From NCBI GenBank assembly GCA_965224025.1, contig OZ245033.1:1376001-1440000 (forward strand): a DNA stretch of 64,000 nucleotides. Direction: 5' to 3'. The position numbers and the translations under genes were made by a program. The stretch's first letter is position 1. Every line of letters starts with the position of its first letter. Positions 55,350-64,000 of the stretch are shown here, in pieces. Origin of the DNA: Candidatus Multivorans sp. GTDB lineage: Bacteria; Acidobacteriota; Thermoanaerobaculia; Multivoradales; Multivoraceae. A model generated the notes under the pieces. It did no database searches and was not told the DNA's origin. It saw nothing but the letters and a program-made list of their open reading frames with translations.

Positions 55350-56208
55350 GCAGTCGAAGTCTCCGGTCACGGCCCGTCACGCTTCGACTGTCCTGTTGCT
55401 GCGGGACAGCGAACGCGGCGTCGAGGTGTTCATGGAGCGCCGGCATATCAAGTCGGACTTCGTCGGCGGCGCCTACGTATTCCCGGGCGGCCGGGTCGAT
55501 CCAGAGGATCAGGTCGACGAGACGCTGTGCCACGGCCTCACCGACCGCGAGGCCAGTGCCCGGCTGTCGCTGGAGGAGGGCGGGCTGACGTTCTACGTCG
55601 CCGCGATCCGCGAGTGCTTCGAGGAGGCCGGCGTGTTGCTCGCCTACGACCCTGACGGACGGTTGCTCGACTTCTCGAAGCCGTCGGTGGAGCAGCAGTA
55701 CGAGGCCCTGCGCGGCGAGCTGAACGCCGGCAAGCTCTCCCTGCTCGATATCGCGGCTCAGGAAGGGCTGACGCTTGCCACCGACCGCATCAGCTACTGG
55801 GCACACTGGATTACGCCGGAGGGGCAGCCCCGGCGCTACGACACCCGCTTCTTCGTCGCCCGGGCGCCGCGGAATCAGACAGCCGGCCACGACGACCACG
55901 AGCTGACGAGTTCGGCCTGGGTGACCGCGCGGGAAGCGCTCGAAAACGGACGGCGCGGGGAGTGGATGATCATCTTCCCCACCATCCGCAATCTGATGAA
56001 GCTGGTCCAGTTCGACACCGCGGACGCGGCGGTCGCCGCGGTCGACGCGCAGAGGGAATTCCCCATCATCCAGCCGCGCGTCCTGCTGGGCAGGACGCCG
56101 GGTGAACCGCCGCGCGCGGTGATTCCGGGTGAGGAAGGCTACGAGGACGCCGCCCCCAGTCCCTCCGTGGCCAATGCCCGCGACTGGAAGCGGGCGTTCA
56201 GCGTTTGA
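55342..56208 (+). CDS. NUDIX hydrolase (NUDT19-like)
   Basis: VFPGGRVD, AAIRECFEEAG, WITP...RRYDTRFF. Confidence 0.9.
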   Translation: MSEQSKSPVTARHASTVLLLRDSERGVEVFMERRHIKSDFVGGAYVFPGGRVDPEDQVDETLCHGLTDREASARLSLEEGGLTFYVAAIRECFEEAGVLLAYDPDGRLLDFSKPSVEQQYEALRGELNAGKLSLLDIAAQEGLTLATDRISYWAHWITPEGQPRRYDTRFFVARAPRNQTAGHDDHELTSSAWVTAREALENGRRGEWMIIFPTIRNLMKLVQFDTADAAVAAVDAQREFPIIQPRVLLGRTPGEPPRAVIPGEEGYEDAAPSPSVANARDWKRAFSV

Positions 56209-56222
56209 GCCGCCGCCGCCGG

Positions 56223-57062
56223 ATGGACGGTCTCGTGAAGGGCAGGCCGGTGCGGCTGTCCAACCGCGTGTTGCGGGTGACCCAGGACAACCCGGGGATG
56301 TTCACCGGCCCGGGCACGAACACGTACGTTATCGGCGGGGAGAGCGGACCCGTGTTCGTCCTCGACCCGGGCGAGGAGGACGACCGGCACTTCGATGCCG
56401 TTGCCGCGGCAGTTGGCGGACGGCAGGTCGAGGCGGTCCTGATCAGTCACCTGCACCGCGACCACTGGCCCCTGGCGCCCCGTCTCGCCAATCACTACGG
56501 CGCGGCGATCCTCACCTTCAGCGAGCAGCCGCCGTTCGGCGCCGCCGCCCGCCTCGAGGACGGCGAGCGCCTGTCCTCCGGTGGCACGACATTGGTGGCC
56601 CTCCACACGCCCGGCCATGCCAGCGACCACCTCTGCTTCCTGCTTGAAGAGGAGCGAGCGGTGTTCACCGCCGACTTGGTCATGGGCTGGTCGACCTCGA
56701 TCATCGCGCCGCCCGACGGCAACCTGAACCAGTACATGGCCTCCCTCCAACGGCTGATCGAACTCGACCGCGGGTCCGGCATCGAAGTTCTCCACCCCGG
56801 TCACGGCGAATCGATCGAACCGCCCCTCGACCGGATCCGCGAGATCCGCCGCCACCGCCAGCAGCGCACGGAGCAGGCCCTCGATGCGATCGCCGCTGGA
56901 ATAGCCACCATCCCCGAGATGGTCGAACGTATCTACGCCGATGTCGACCGCAAGCTCCACGACGCCGCGGCGTTCTCTCTCCGGGCGCACCTGGATGCCC
57001 TGGTCGAGGAGGGCAAGGTGGTTGAAACGGGGCGGGCCCGGTACCAGCCGGTTGTCGACTAA
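56223..57062 (+). CDS. MBL-fold hydrolase (LACTB2-like, with winged helix)
   Basis: NPGMFTGPGTNTY, SHLHRDH, TPGHASDH, PGHG, AHL..L. Confidence 0.9.
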   Translation: MDGLVKGRPVRLSNRVLRVTQDNPGMFTGPGTNTYVIGGESGPVFVLDPGEEDDRHFDAVAAAVGGRQVEAVLISHLHRDHWPLAPRLANHYGAAILTFSEQPPFGAAARLEDGERLSSGGTTLVALHTPGHASDHLCFLLEEERAVFTADLVMGWSTSIIAPPDGNLNQYMASLQRLIELDRGSGIEVLHPGHGESIEPPLDRIREIRRHRQQRTEQALDAIAAGIATIPEMVERIYADVDRKLHDAAAFSLRAHLDALVEEGKVVETGRARYQPVVD

Positions 57063-57069
57063 CGCCGCC

Positions 57070-57170
57070 AAACCTGTCGCAGGCTCCATGTTTGGCCCCA
57101 GCCCCCAACATCACCAGGAGTATGCGTATGCAGGACTCACTCGTAGCGTTCTACGGCGCAAGCGCCCTGG
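57070..57170. repeat. Dispersed ~100 bp structured repeat, copy B
   Basis: Aligns with 5776-5874. Confidence 0.7.
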
Positions 57171-57257
57171 ATGCGGGAACATGCTCGCTGTATTGGTGAG
57201 TTGGTGCTATTGTGTTCTGGTGTTGACGTCGGTTACAAACAGTGGAGTGCCCACCCA

Positions 57258-57497
57258 ATGACCCGTCTGACCATTACGCTGGCAGATCAGACGCACCGGG
57301 CCTTGAAGGAAGCAGCCGCCCGGCAAGGCTGCTCTATGGCTGCGATCATCGAAGAGAGTCTGGAGCTGAGGGGCATTCAGCCCTACGAAACCGCACGGGA
57401 ACTCGTACTCAAGGCGCGCGAGAACTCAGGGCTCGACTCTGATCGGGCAATGGCTCTCGCGGTTGAGGAGACAAGCCGTCAACGAGAAGGGAAGTAG
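57258..57497 (+). CDS. Ribbon-helix-helix (CopG-like) antitoxin
   Basis: MTRLTITL...ALKEAAARQG.SMAAII; directly before a PIN gene. Confidence 0.82.
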   Translation: MTRLTITLADQTHRALKEAAARQGCSMAAIIEESLELRGIQPYETARELVLKARENSGLDSDRAMALAVEETSRQREGK

Positions 57498-57500
57498 ACC

Positions 57501-57968
57501 TTGGCGCGCGGACCACGGCCGCGAGAGAGCGGTCGCGGTCCCCTCCAGCGGCGATTGTGCATCGTCGACACGAATGTGGTCGTTTCGGGTCTGATCGACG
57601 GGAACTCGAACGCGCCGCCGGCCAGGATTCTGGACTTCATGATCAGCGGCAGGATCCTGCACCTGATGTCGTCGGCGTTGTTGAGCGAGTACTCAGCCGT
57701 GTTGCGGCGTCCGGCACTTGTCGAACGGCACGGCCTGACGTCCGAAGAGCTCGACCGGTTCCTGACCGAACTGGTGGCAATGGCCGTGTGGAGGAAGCCG
57801 CAAGCGGCCGGAGAGGCCCCCGACGCAGGCGACAACCACCTTTGGGCACTGCTTGCCCACGAACCGAGAGCCCATCTGGTTACCAGCGACCGACTCCTGC
57901 TGCGGACTCCTCCGAGTGGCGCTTCGGTCGTGTCTCCAAGCCACTTCGCTGCCGTCTTCCTGTCCTGA
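57501..57968 (+). CDS. PIN-domain toxin (PIN_3-like)
   Basis: IVDTNVVVSG, LLSEY..VL.R, PDAGDNH, LVTSD. Confidence 0.85.
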   Translation: MARGPRPRESGRGPLQRRLCIVDTNVVVSGLIDGNSNAPPARILDFMISGRILHLMSSALLSEYSAVLRRPALVERHGLTSEELDRFLTELVAMAVWRKPQAAGEAPDAGDNHLWALLAHEPRAHLVTSDRLLLRTPPSGASVVSPSHFAAVFLS

Positions 57969-58021
57969 GGGAGCCAAGAGGAAGAGTTGGCGTCCTAGCT
58001 CAGCTAGTTGCCGAGGAGAGC

Positions 58022-59293
58022 ATGAGCAGAGAATCTCGATACGGAGAACTGATCCGCGTTGACCGCGCCGGCGGAAGGCCGGAAGTCTTTCAACCGGTGG
58101 CGCTGGCGTCGCGCGTCACAGAAGGAGGTGTCGATGAGGCGAGCCTTCAGAAGCTCTTCTTCGCCCATCCCGAGTGTCTCCCGATAGCGACGATCGATGC
58201 CGCCTACGGCGACCCGGTCCCGGTCTGTCGGGAACTCTCGGCGCCGCCGTCAGGCAGCGTCGATGCGCTCTACATCAACTCTCTGGGTCGACTTACGCTC
58301 TGCGAGTTCAAGCTCTGGCGCAACCCCCAGGCACGGCGCGAAGTGATCGGCCAGATCCTCGACTACGCGACGGTACTTGCTTCATGGGGTTACGAGGACC
58401 TGCAGCGTCAGGTCTCTCTGGCGCTCGGCAGGGAGGGTTCGAACGTCCTATACGAACTGGTGTCTGAGCGCGACCCCCATGTCGTCGAGGCGGAGTTCGT
58501 CGACAACGTCACGCGCTACCTGAGACGAGGCGAGTTCCTGCTCCTGATCGTTGGCGACGGCATCCAGGAGCGTGCCGAGAAGATTGTCGATTTCGTCCAG
58601 AGCCGCAGCGGTCTGCATTTCAATCTGGCCTTGGTGGAGACGGCGCTTTACCGGGATAGCGACGACGGTCTCATCGTTCAGCCGCGTGTTCTGGCCCGGA
58701 CCGAGATCGTTCAGCGGTTTGTCGTGGAGGGCGCAGTTCCAGTCGAGTCCGTGGCGGAGGCAGGCTATGTTCGCGAGAGCGGGGACTCGGACTGGGATAG
58801 GCGAACTGGCGAGTTCTGGCGAGCCGTATTCGGCGGGGACTTCGCCTTCGCTGATCCGGAGTCGGAGCTTGAGAAGGAGGGCTTCCCGAAGAGGGTCAAG
58901 GTCCGCGGTGCCGCCTGGAACGGCGAAGCCTTGCGGTTCGTCTTCTCTCTTTCCGGATTCGGATCAGCCATCAGTTGCTACCTGGTTGCCCGGGCGGGCT
59001 GCACGCGAGAGGAACGGATCTTCGATGAGACGCGGACCGCCGTCGAGGATTTGAGGCGGGAGATGCGGCCGCCGGCGGCCGAGCGGGATCGTTCTTGGGA
59101 CGATTTGGAGGATTGGCGCACTCCTCGTGGCGGTGCTTGCCTCGGCTTTCGAAGAGAGTGCACCCCGTCTCTGTTCGAGAGCAGCGAAGAGAGCGAGGAG
59201 TACCGGGAGGCCGTCGCCTGGATGCGCGACCGCGGGAACCGCCTTGTCAGCGTTCTTCATCCCCGCCTCCGGCGAATGCTCTCCGAGGACTGA
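58022..59293 (+). CDS. PD-(D/E)XK / NucS-like putative nuclease with an uncharacterised C-terminal domain
   Basis: E..LQ, RE...SVD.L, EFKL.RNPQARREVIGQILDYA; RBS GAGGAG before ATG 58022. Confidence 0.72.
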   Translation: MSRESRYGELIRVDRAGGRPEVFQPVALASRVTEGGVDEASLQKLFFAHPECLPIATIDAAYGDPVPVCRELSAPPSGSVDALYINSLGRLTLCEFKLWRNPQARREVIGQILDYATVLASWGYEDLQRQVSLALGREGSNVLYELVSERDPHVVEAEFVDNVTRYLRRGEFLLLIVGDGIQERAEKIVDFVQSRSGLHFNLALVETALYRDSDDGLIVQPRVLARTEIVQRFVVEGAVPVESVAEAGYVRESGDSDWDRRTGEFWRAVFGGDFAFADPESELEKEGFPKRVKVRGAAWNGEALRFVFSLSGFGSAISCYLVARAGCTREERIFDETRTAVEDLRREMRPPAAERDRSWDDLEDWRTPRGGACLGFRRECTPSLFESSEESEEYREAVAWMRDRGNRLVSVLHPRLRRMLSED

Positions 59294-59376
59294 CGCGAGC
59301 CGCCCCGCGCGGCGCAACGCCCTCCAGCCTCGGCGGCAACAACCACCGCCACGTCGCCGCCGACCCAACCCAGCCC

Positions 59377-61398
59377 TCAGCGGCGCCAGGGGGCGCGGAT
59401 CTTGCGGCCTTCGCGGTAGGCGGCGAGCCGTTCGCGGGCTTCTTCGAGGGCCTCGGGGGGGCTGGTTCGTTCCAGGTTCTCGATGAGTCGTTCCTGCCAG
59501 GACGCGGCCTCTTCGAAGTTGCCGGTTCCGGCGTAGGCCATGGCGAGGACGGCGCCGTGGGCCGGTGTATGGGCGCGCTGGAACAACTGCTGGGCGAGAT
59601 TCAGGGCTCTTTCGCCGTCTCGCACCTCGTCGTCCTCGGAGGCGGCGAGGACCTGGACCAGGAGCACGGCGAAGTAGCCGCTGCCGCCCTGGTCGGGAAG
59701 TTCGAGGGTCTGCTCGAGCATGAGCCGCACCTGGGCATCCTCGCCCGCGAGCAGCAGGGCCGTGACCTCCGCTGCCCGGACCTGGCTGTCGGTGGGGTCG
59801 AGTTCCAGGGCGCGGCGCGAAGCCAGGGCGGATTCCTTGAAACGGCCGAGACGACCGAGGGCGGTGCTCAGGTTGACGTAGGCCGCCTTGAGGGTCGGGT
59901 TGGCGATGATCGCCCGCTGGTAGTGGGGGATCGCCTCCTCGTAGCGCTCCTGCTCGGTGCGGATGTTGCCGAGTTCGAAGTGGGCCGCGCTCAGGTGGCC
60001 CGGCTCGCCCCCCGCTTTGATGAGCTGTTCGAAGCGACTAACCGCCGAGGCTGGTCGGCCGAGTTCCTGCTCGATCCGCCCGAGCTGCATCACGATCTCG
60101 CGATTGAGTCCGAAGTCGGCCAGCAACGACTCGAACTCCCGCAACGCGAGTTCGCGGCGGCCTCCGCGCCGGTAGTTGCTCGCCCGATGGAAGCGGAGGT
60201 TGCGGTCGCCCGGCGCCAGTTCGAGGGCCTGGGTCAAGGCTTCGGCGGCCCCGAGATGGTCGCCTGTTTCGCCCCGGCTCCTTGCCAGTTCGACCCAGGC
60301 CGGCCCGAAGGACGGTTCGATCTCGACCGCCCGGCCCAGGCGCTTGGTCGCCGCACGGAACGCTCCTTGCTCGTTGTAGAGCCGGCCGGTGTGGAAGAGC
60401 AGCCCGGCGTCGTCGGGGCTCAGGTTCAGTGCCTCCTGGTACCACATGACGGCCTCGGCGCGCCGGCCCATCTTCTCCAGGGCCGCCGCGAGGGACCGTT
60501 TGGCGGCGGCACTCCGGGGATTGTCCTGGACCGCTTCGCGGAAACGCTGCTCGGCGAGTTCGAATGCGTTCGCCGCCAGGGCGACGCGGCCCAGCAGCAA
60601 TTGAGCGCCGATTCCCGTGGCTGATTCCTTGATCTCCGCCGCGATGGGATCGGCGAAGGCGACAGGCGCCTCGCCGCGGAGTTCCATCGCCGCGCGCGAC
60701 TCGCTGTCGTTGCCGAGTGCGCGCTGGGCGATGCCGATGTGGTAGTGAAGCGAGTTTGCCCGAGGCTGTTCGCGCAACGCTGCCTGGAAGTGCTCGAGCG
60801 CCGCCGCCGGGTCGTCGGTCTCGGTAGCCAGGCGGCCGAGGCCGAAGTGCGCCGCCGCCCTCGCTCCGGGCAGTTCCAGGCCACGCTCATAGTGGGTGCG
60901 CGCTTCTTCGCCTTGTCCCAACTCGAGGTAGACCCGGCCGAGACGGATGACCGTCGCCGGATCGCCCGGTTGGAGCGCGCGGGCCTGCTCGTAGGCGGCG
61001 ACCGCCTCCTCGAGTTGCCCCAGGTGCTCCGCGGCGCTGCCGAGGAGGTAACGCCAACGGAAGTTGCGCGGTTGCAGCTCCGCGGCGTTGGCTAGACAGG
61101 CTCTCGCCGGCGGCAAGAGGTCGTACACGAGGTAGAGCTGACCGGCCTCGCCGAACAGCAATCCCAGTTGATCGGCCTCTTCCGCGGTTGACGCTCCCGC
61201 GGCGAGGGCGTCGTCGAGCAACTTGCGTTGTTCGGCGATCTGAGTGCGCACCGCTTCGTCGACGCCGCGAAGATCGACTTCGGGCACAGGCACGAGCCGG
61301 TCGGTGACCTCGGTTTGCGCGCCAAGACCGGTAGCCGAGAGCGAGAGCGGGAGCACAAGGCCGGCAGTCAGGCGCAGCCAACGAAACGGTTTCATCAT
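59377..61398 (-). CDS. Secreted multi-TPR protein
   Basis: Signal peptide and more than 10 TPR motifs; ..EAASWQ..RLAAYREG tail. Confidence 0.88.
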   Translation of the reverse strand: MMKPFRWLRLTAGLVLPLSLSATGLGAQTEVTDRLVPVPEVDLRGVDEAVRTQIAEQRKLLDDALAAGASTAEEADQLGLLFGEAGQLYLVYDLLPPARACLANAAELQPRNFRWRYLLGSAAEHLGQLEEAVAAYEQARALQPGDPATVIRLGRVYLELGQGEEARTHYERGLELPGARAAAHFGLGRLATETDDPAAALEHFQAALREQPRANSLHYHIGIAQRALGNDSESRAAMELRGEAPVAFADPIAAEIKESATGIGAQLLLGRVALAANAFELAEQRFREAVQDNPRSAAAKRSLAAALEKMGRRAEAVMWYQEALNLSPDDAGLLFHTGRLYNEQGAFRAATKRLGRAVEIEPSFGPAWVELARSRGETGDHLGAAEALTQALELAPGDRNLRFHRASNYRRGGRRELALREFESLLADFGLNREIVMQLGRIEQELGRPASAVSRFEQLIKAGGEPGHLSAAHFELGNIRTEQERYEEAIPHYQRAIIANPTLKAAYVNLSTALGRLGRFKESALASRRALELDPTDSQVRAAEVTALLLAGEDAQVRLMLEQTLELPDQGGSGYFAVLLVQVLAASEDDEVRDGERALNLAQQLFQRAHTPAHGAVLAMAYAGTGNFEEAASWQERLIENLERTSPPEALEEARERLAAYREGRKIRAPWRR

Positions 61399-63173
61399 GG
61401 CTTATCTTGTTCCCCTGGTCTTGCCCATCGACCCGTGTCGCGCGCGAGGTCAGTGTAAGCCGCCGGAGGCGGCGCTGGCCAGTGCTCGACTCTTCCGTCG
61501 GGCCATTGGACCTCGATTCGCGTGACCTCGACGCCGTTCGGGCTCACCGTGACGCGGGGGTCGTTCGAAGACGCGTAGCTGCCGCTGCTGCCCGCCAGCC
61601 GCACGAGGGGCGGCGCTCCGGCCCGGCGGATTCGCACGGTCGCCCCGGACGCCGGGCGGTGAGCGTGCGCGGTGCCCACGCGGGGCGCCAGACCGATCCA
61701 GTCGCCGAGCGCCGTTGCCTGATTGAGCAACAGCCGGGCCGGGCCGTTGTTGTTCGTGATGACCATGTCCGTGTCGCCATCGTTGTCGATGTCGCCGGTC
61801 GCGAGACCCCTGCTCACGAGCGGTGTGGGACCGTCCAGGATGCCGGCCGGCGCCGGTTCGAACCGGCGGTTGCCGCTACCGCCCGCCACGTTGAGGAACA
61901 CCTGGTTCGGTTGATCCAGGGGGAACGGATCGTCTTCGGTGCGCGGCCTCCCGGCGGCGAACGTCACGGCGCCGTTGACCACGGCAAGGTCGAGCCAGCC
62001 GTCAAGGTCGAGATCGACGAAGGCGGTGCCGAAGGATGTCGCGTCCCAGCTCGGCCGCGCCAGGGCGGCCGCGTTCGTCCGATCGCGGAAGGAGGGTGCT
62101 CCGGGTTCCGAGTCGTTCCGGTAGAGGGTGTTGGTTTCCCGGTTGAAGTGGGTCAGGAAGAGATCGATGTCGCCGTCGCCGTCGTAGTCGCCGCCGGCGA
62201 CACCCATGCTGGCCTCGGCCTCGCCGTCGGCGTTGAGCGCCGCACCGCCGATCAGACCCTCCTCCACCAGTACACCGTTTCCGCCGTTGATCCAGAGGTG
62301 GTTCGGCATCAGATCGTTGGCGACGTAGAAGTCGAGCCGGCGGTCGCCGTCGAGATCGGCCGCAAGCACGCCGAGGCCGTTGCCGGGACGGGTCGAAGCG
62401 AGACCCGCCTCGGCGGTCGCGTCCGTGAATGTCCCGTCGCCGTCGTTGCGCAGCAGGCGGTCGAGGACGGGTTGATAGGCGCTGGGCAGGCAGTAGTCGA
62501 CTTCACCGCGCTCGGTGAGACAGGTCTTGTGGGTTGCCAGGGAGAAGTTCAGGTAGTTGACAACGAACAGGTCGAGGTCGAGGTCGCCGTCGTAGTCGGC
62601 GGCGGCCGCCGCGATACTCCAGCGCGAGTCGCCCGTGCCGGTGGCCTCGGTGCGGTCGGTGAACGTCCCGTCGCCCTGGTTGCGCCAGAGCTGGTTGTCG
62701 CCGAGGTTGAGCACGTAGAGATCGGTCCAGCCGTCATTGTCCAGATCGCCGGCAATGGCTCCCATGCCGTAGCCGGTCGCGACGATGCCGCTCTCCTCGG
62801 TGACGTCGACGAAGCGGATGCTCTTGCCGTCCTCTCGAAGTTCGAGGTCGTTGCGGTAGAGACGATCGCTGGGCGGCCAGTCTCCGGTCCACGGTACGTT
62901 TGCGATGGTGCGCTCCCCGTTCGCGCCGAGCAGGTTGCCCTGAACCAGGTAGAGGTCCAGGTCGCCGTCGTTGTCGTAGTCGAAGAGCGCGGCCCCTGCT
63001 CCCACTACCTCGGCGTAGTAGAGCCGGCCGCTCATGCCGTTCCAATGCCGGAAGTCGAGACCGGCGTTCTTCGTTGCGTCGACGAAGAGAACCTCCGTCT
63101 CGCCAGCTCGGGCGAGTCCGGGCGAGAGCGCCGACGCAGCCCACACGGCGACGCAGCCAGGAGCGACTCTCAT
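61395..63173 (-). CDS. CRTAC1-family FG-GAP and ASPIC/UnbV protein
   Basis: Repeated DxDxDGxxDL motifs, SMG..GD, SRGLATGD and a C-terminal ASPIC-like SYAS..R...V.WPDG. Confidence 0.92.
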   Translation of the reverse strand: MRVAPGCVAVWAASALSPGLARAGETEVLFVDATKNAGLDFRHWNGMSGRLYYAEVVGAGAALFDYDNDGDLDLYLVQGNLLGANGERTIANVPWTGDWPPSDRLYRNDLELREDGKSIRFVDVTEESGIVATGYGMGAIAGDLDNDGWTDLYVLNLGDNQLWRNQGDGTFTDRTEATGTGDSRWSIAAAAADYDGDLDLDLFVVNYLNFSLATHKTCLTERGEVDYCLPSAYQPVLDRLLRNDGDGTFTDATAEAGLASTRPGNGLGVLAADLDGDRRLDFYVANDLMPNHLWINGGNGVLVEEGLIGGAALNADGEAEASMGVAGGDYDGDGDIDLFLTHFNRETNTLYRNDSEPGAPSFRDRTNAAALARPSWDATSFGTAFVDLDLDGWLDLAVVNGAVTFAAGRPRTEDDPFPLDQPNQVFLNVAGGSGNRRFEPAPAGILDGPTPLVSRGLATGDIDNDGDTDMVITNNNGPARLLLNQATALGDWIGLAPRVGTAHAHRPASGATVRIRRAGAPPLVRLAGSSGSYASSNDPRVTVSPNGVEVTRIEVQWPDGRVEHWPAPPPAAYTDLARDTGRWARPGEQDKP

Positions 63174-64000
63174 CCGTCGTCGCCCAGGCGGAACGCGGGC
63201 GCGTCGATGCGCTCGAGAGCTTCCGCACGCTCGCTGATCCGGTAGACGGCCCGTGGTTCTACGTCTTTGAAGACCTGGTGTGTGTCGCTGCCGGCCCAGC
63301 GCACCCGGATCTCGGAGATTCGGATCGCGTCGCCGAGCCCCACTTCGAGTTGCATGCTGTTGCCGCCGAAGGAGCCGCCCGATCCGACCAGACGATGGAT
63401 CGTGCGTTTGCCGTTCGGACCCTGGATGGATAGGGTGACCCGTGAGCCGACCCCGAAGCGGTTGGCGCCCGAGCCGGCCGGGCCGGCGCCGGCAAAGCGC
63501 AGCGTGACCCAGGCGTTGCCGCTGCCCGGGTTCTCGAACAGGGCGTTGCCGAAGGTGTCGGTTGGGTAGAAGCCGCCGAGCTGGTGGAGAAGGTCCATGT
63601 CTCCGTCGCGGTCGAGGTCGCCGAACGCCACGCCATGTCCCTTCTGGAGGTGGCCGAAACCGCCGGCGAAGGTGACCTCCTCGAAGCGCCGGCCATCGAA
63701 GCGGTACATGACATTCGGCATCAGACTGGCGAGGTCCGGTTCCCCGGTGCCGAGGTAGAAGTCGAGCCAGCCGTCGTTGTCCAGATCGCCGTAGTTGGCG
63801 CCCATCGGCATGGCCGGCCGGCGGATCCCCAGCTCGCGGGATACTTCGGTCATCCGCAGCTTGCCGCCGCAGCCGGGCTCAGCTCCGCAGTCGTTGCGGT
63901 AGAGCAGGGGCTGGCCCACCCCGGGGTCCGAGCCCATGAAGGACGCCACGACTTCGGTGGCTTGGCCGCGATAGTCGCCGACGTAGAGATCGAGGTCGCC
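63170..64000 (-). CDS. CRTAC1-family FG-GAP and ASPIC/UnbV protein (5' end outside the window)
   Basis: MGANYGDLDNDG, GHLQKGHG, N.FGVG.RV, GGSFG..LEVGLG. Confidence 0.9.
   Translation of the reverse strand, partial: GDLDLYVGDYRGQATEVVASFMGSDPGVGQPLLYRNDCGAEPGCGGKLRMTEVSRELGIRRPAMPMGANYGDLDNDGWLDFYLGTGEPDLASLMPNVMYRFDGRRFEEVTFAGGFGHLQKGHGVAFGDLDRDGDMDLLHQLGGFYPTDTFGNALFENPGSGNAWVTLRFAGAGPAGSGANRFGVGSRVTLSIQGPNGKRTIHRLVGSGGSFGGNSMQLEVGLGDAIRISEIRVRWAGSDTHQVFKDVEPRAVYRISERAEALERIDAPAFRLGDDG

Overview
High-GC bacterial chromosomal window, most consistent with Acidobacteriota (possibly Thermoanaerobaculia). This assignment is inferred from the GWxTD/VWA protein, the CRTAC1 proteins, the split atp operon and the 16S character. 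Housekeeping content: dapF, an LptM-like lipoprotein, hslUV, xerC, trmFO, topA and dprA (with topA inverted beside an IS256 remnant); a TPR/hypothetical/peptidase-TolB-Omp85 operon; purSQLFMN; a complete rrn operon (16S, tRNA-Ile, tRNA-Ala, 23S, 5S); pduO and atpZ/I/B/E; an ECF sigma factor; an M23 peptidase; a Liv-type ABC transporter with an embedded acyl-CoA synthetase; tyrA; a dipeptidase; NUDIX and MBL hydrolases; and a TPR/CRTAC1 cluster. Accessory patches at about 38-44 kb and 57-59 kb carry toxin-antitoxin pairs and nuclease-like genes. The most interesting locus is 38434-41400. A cytoplasmic TPR gene is translationally coupled to a secreted protein carrying two amino-acid-identical but codon-divergent AARVHIVLVG repeats. 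An unannotated upstream reading frame on the same strand carries a third copy (ARAHIVLVG). This is a candidate peptide-recognition or signalling system. Also seen: a compensated 16S helix-14 variant that mismatches EUB338 and 341F, several dispersed structured repeats, and a recurring leaderless-promoter pattern. All family calls are from motif recognition by eye; no database searches were run.
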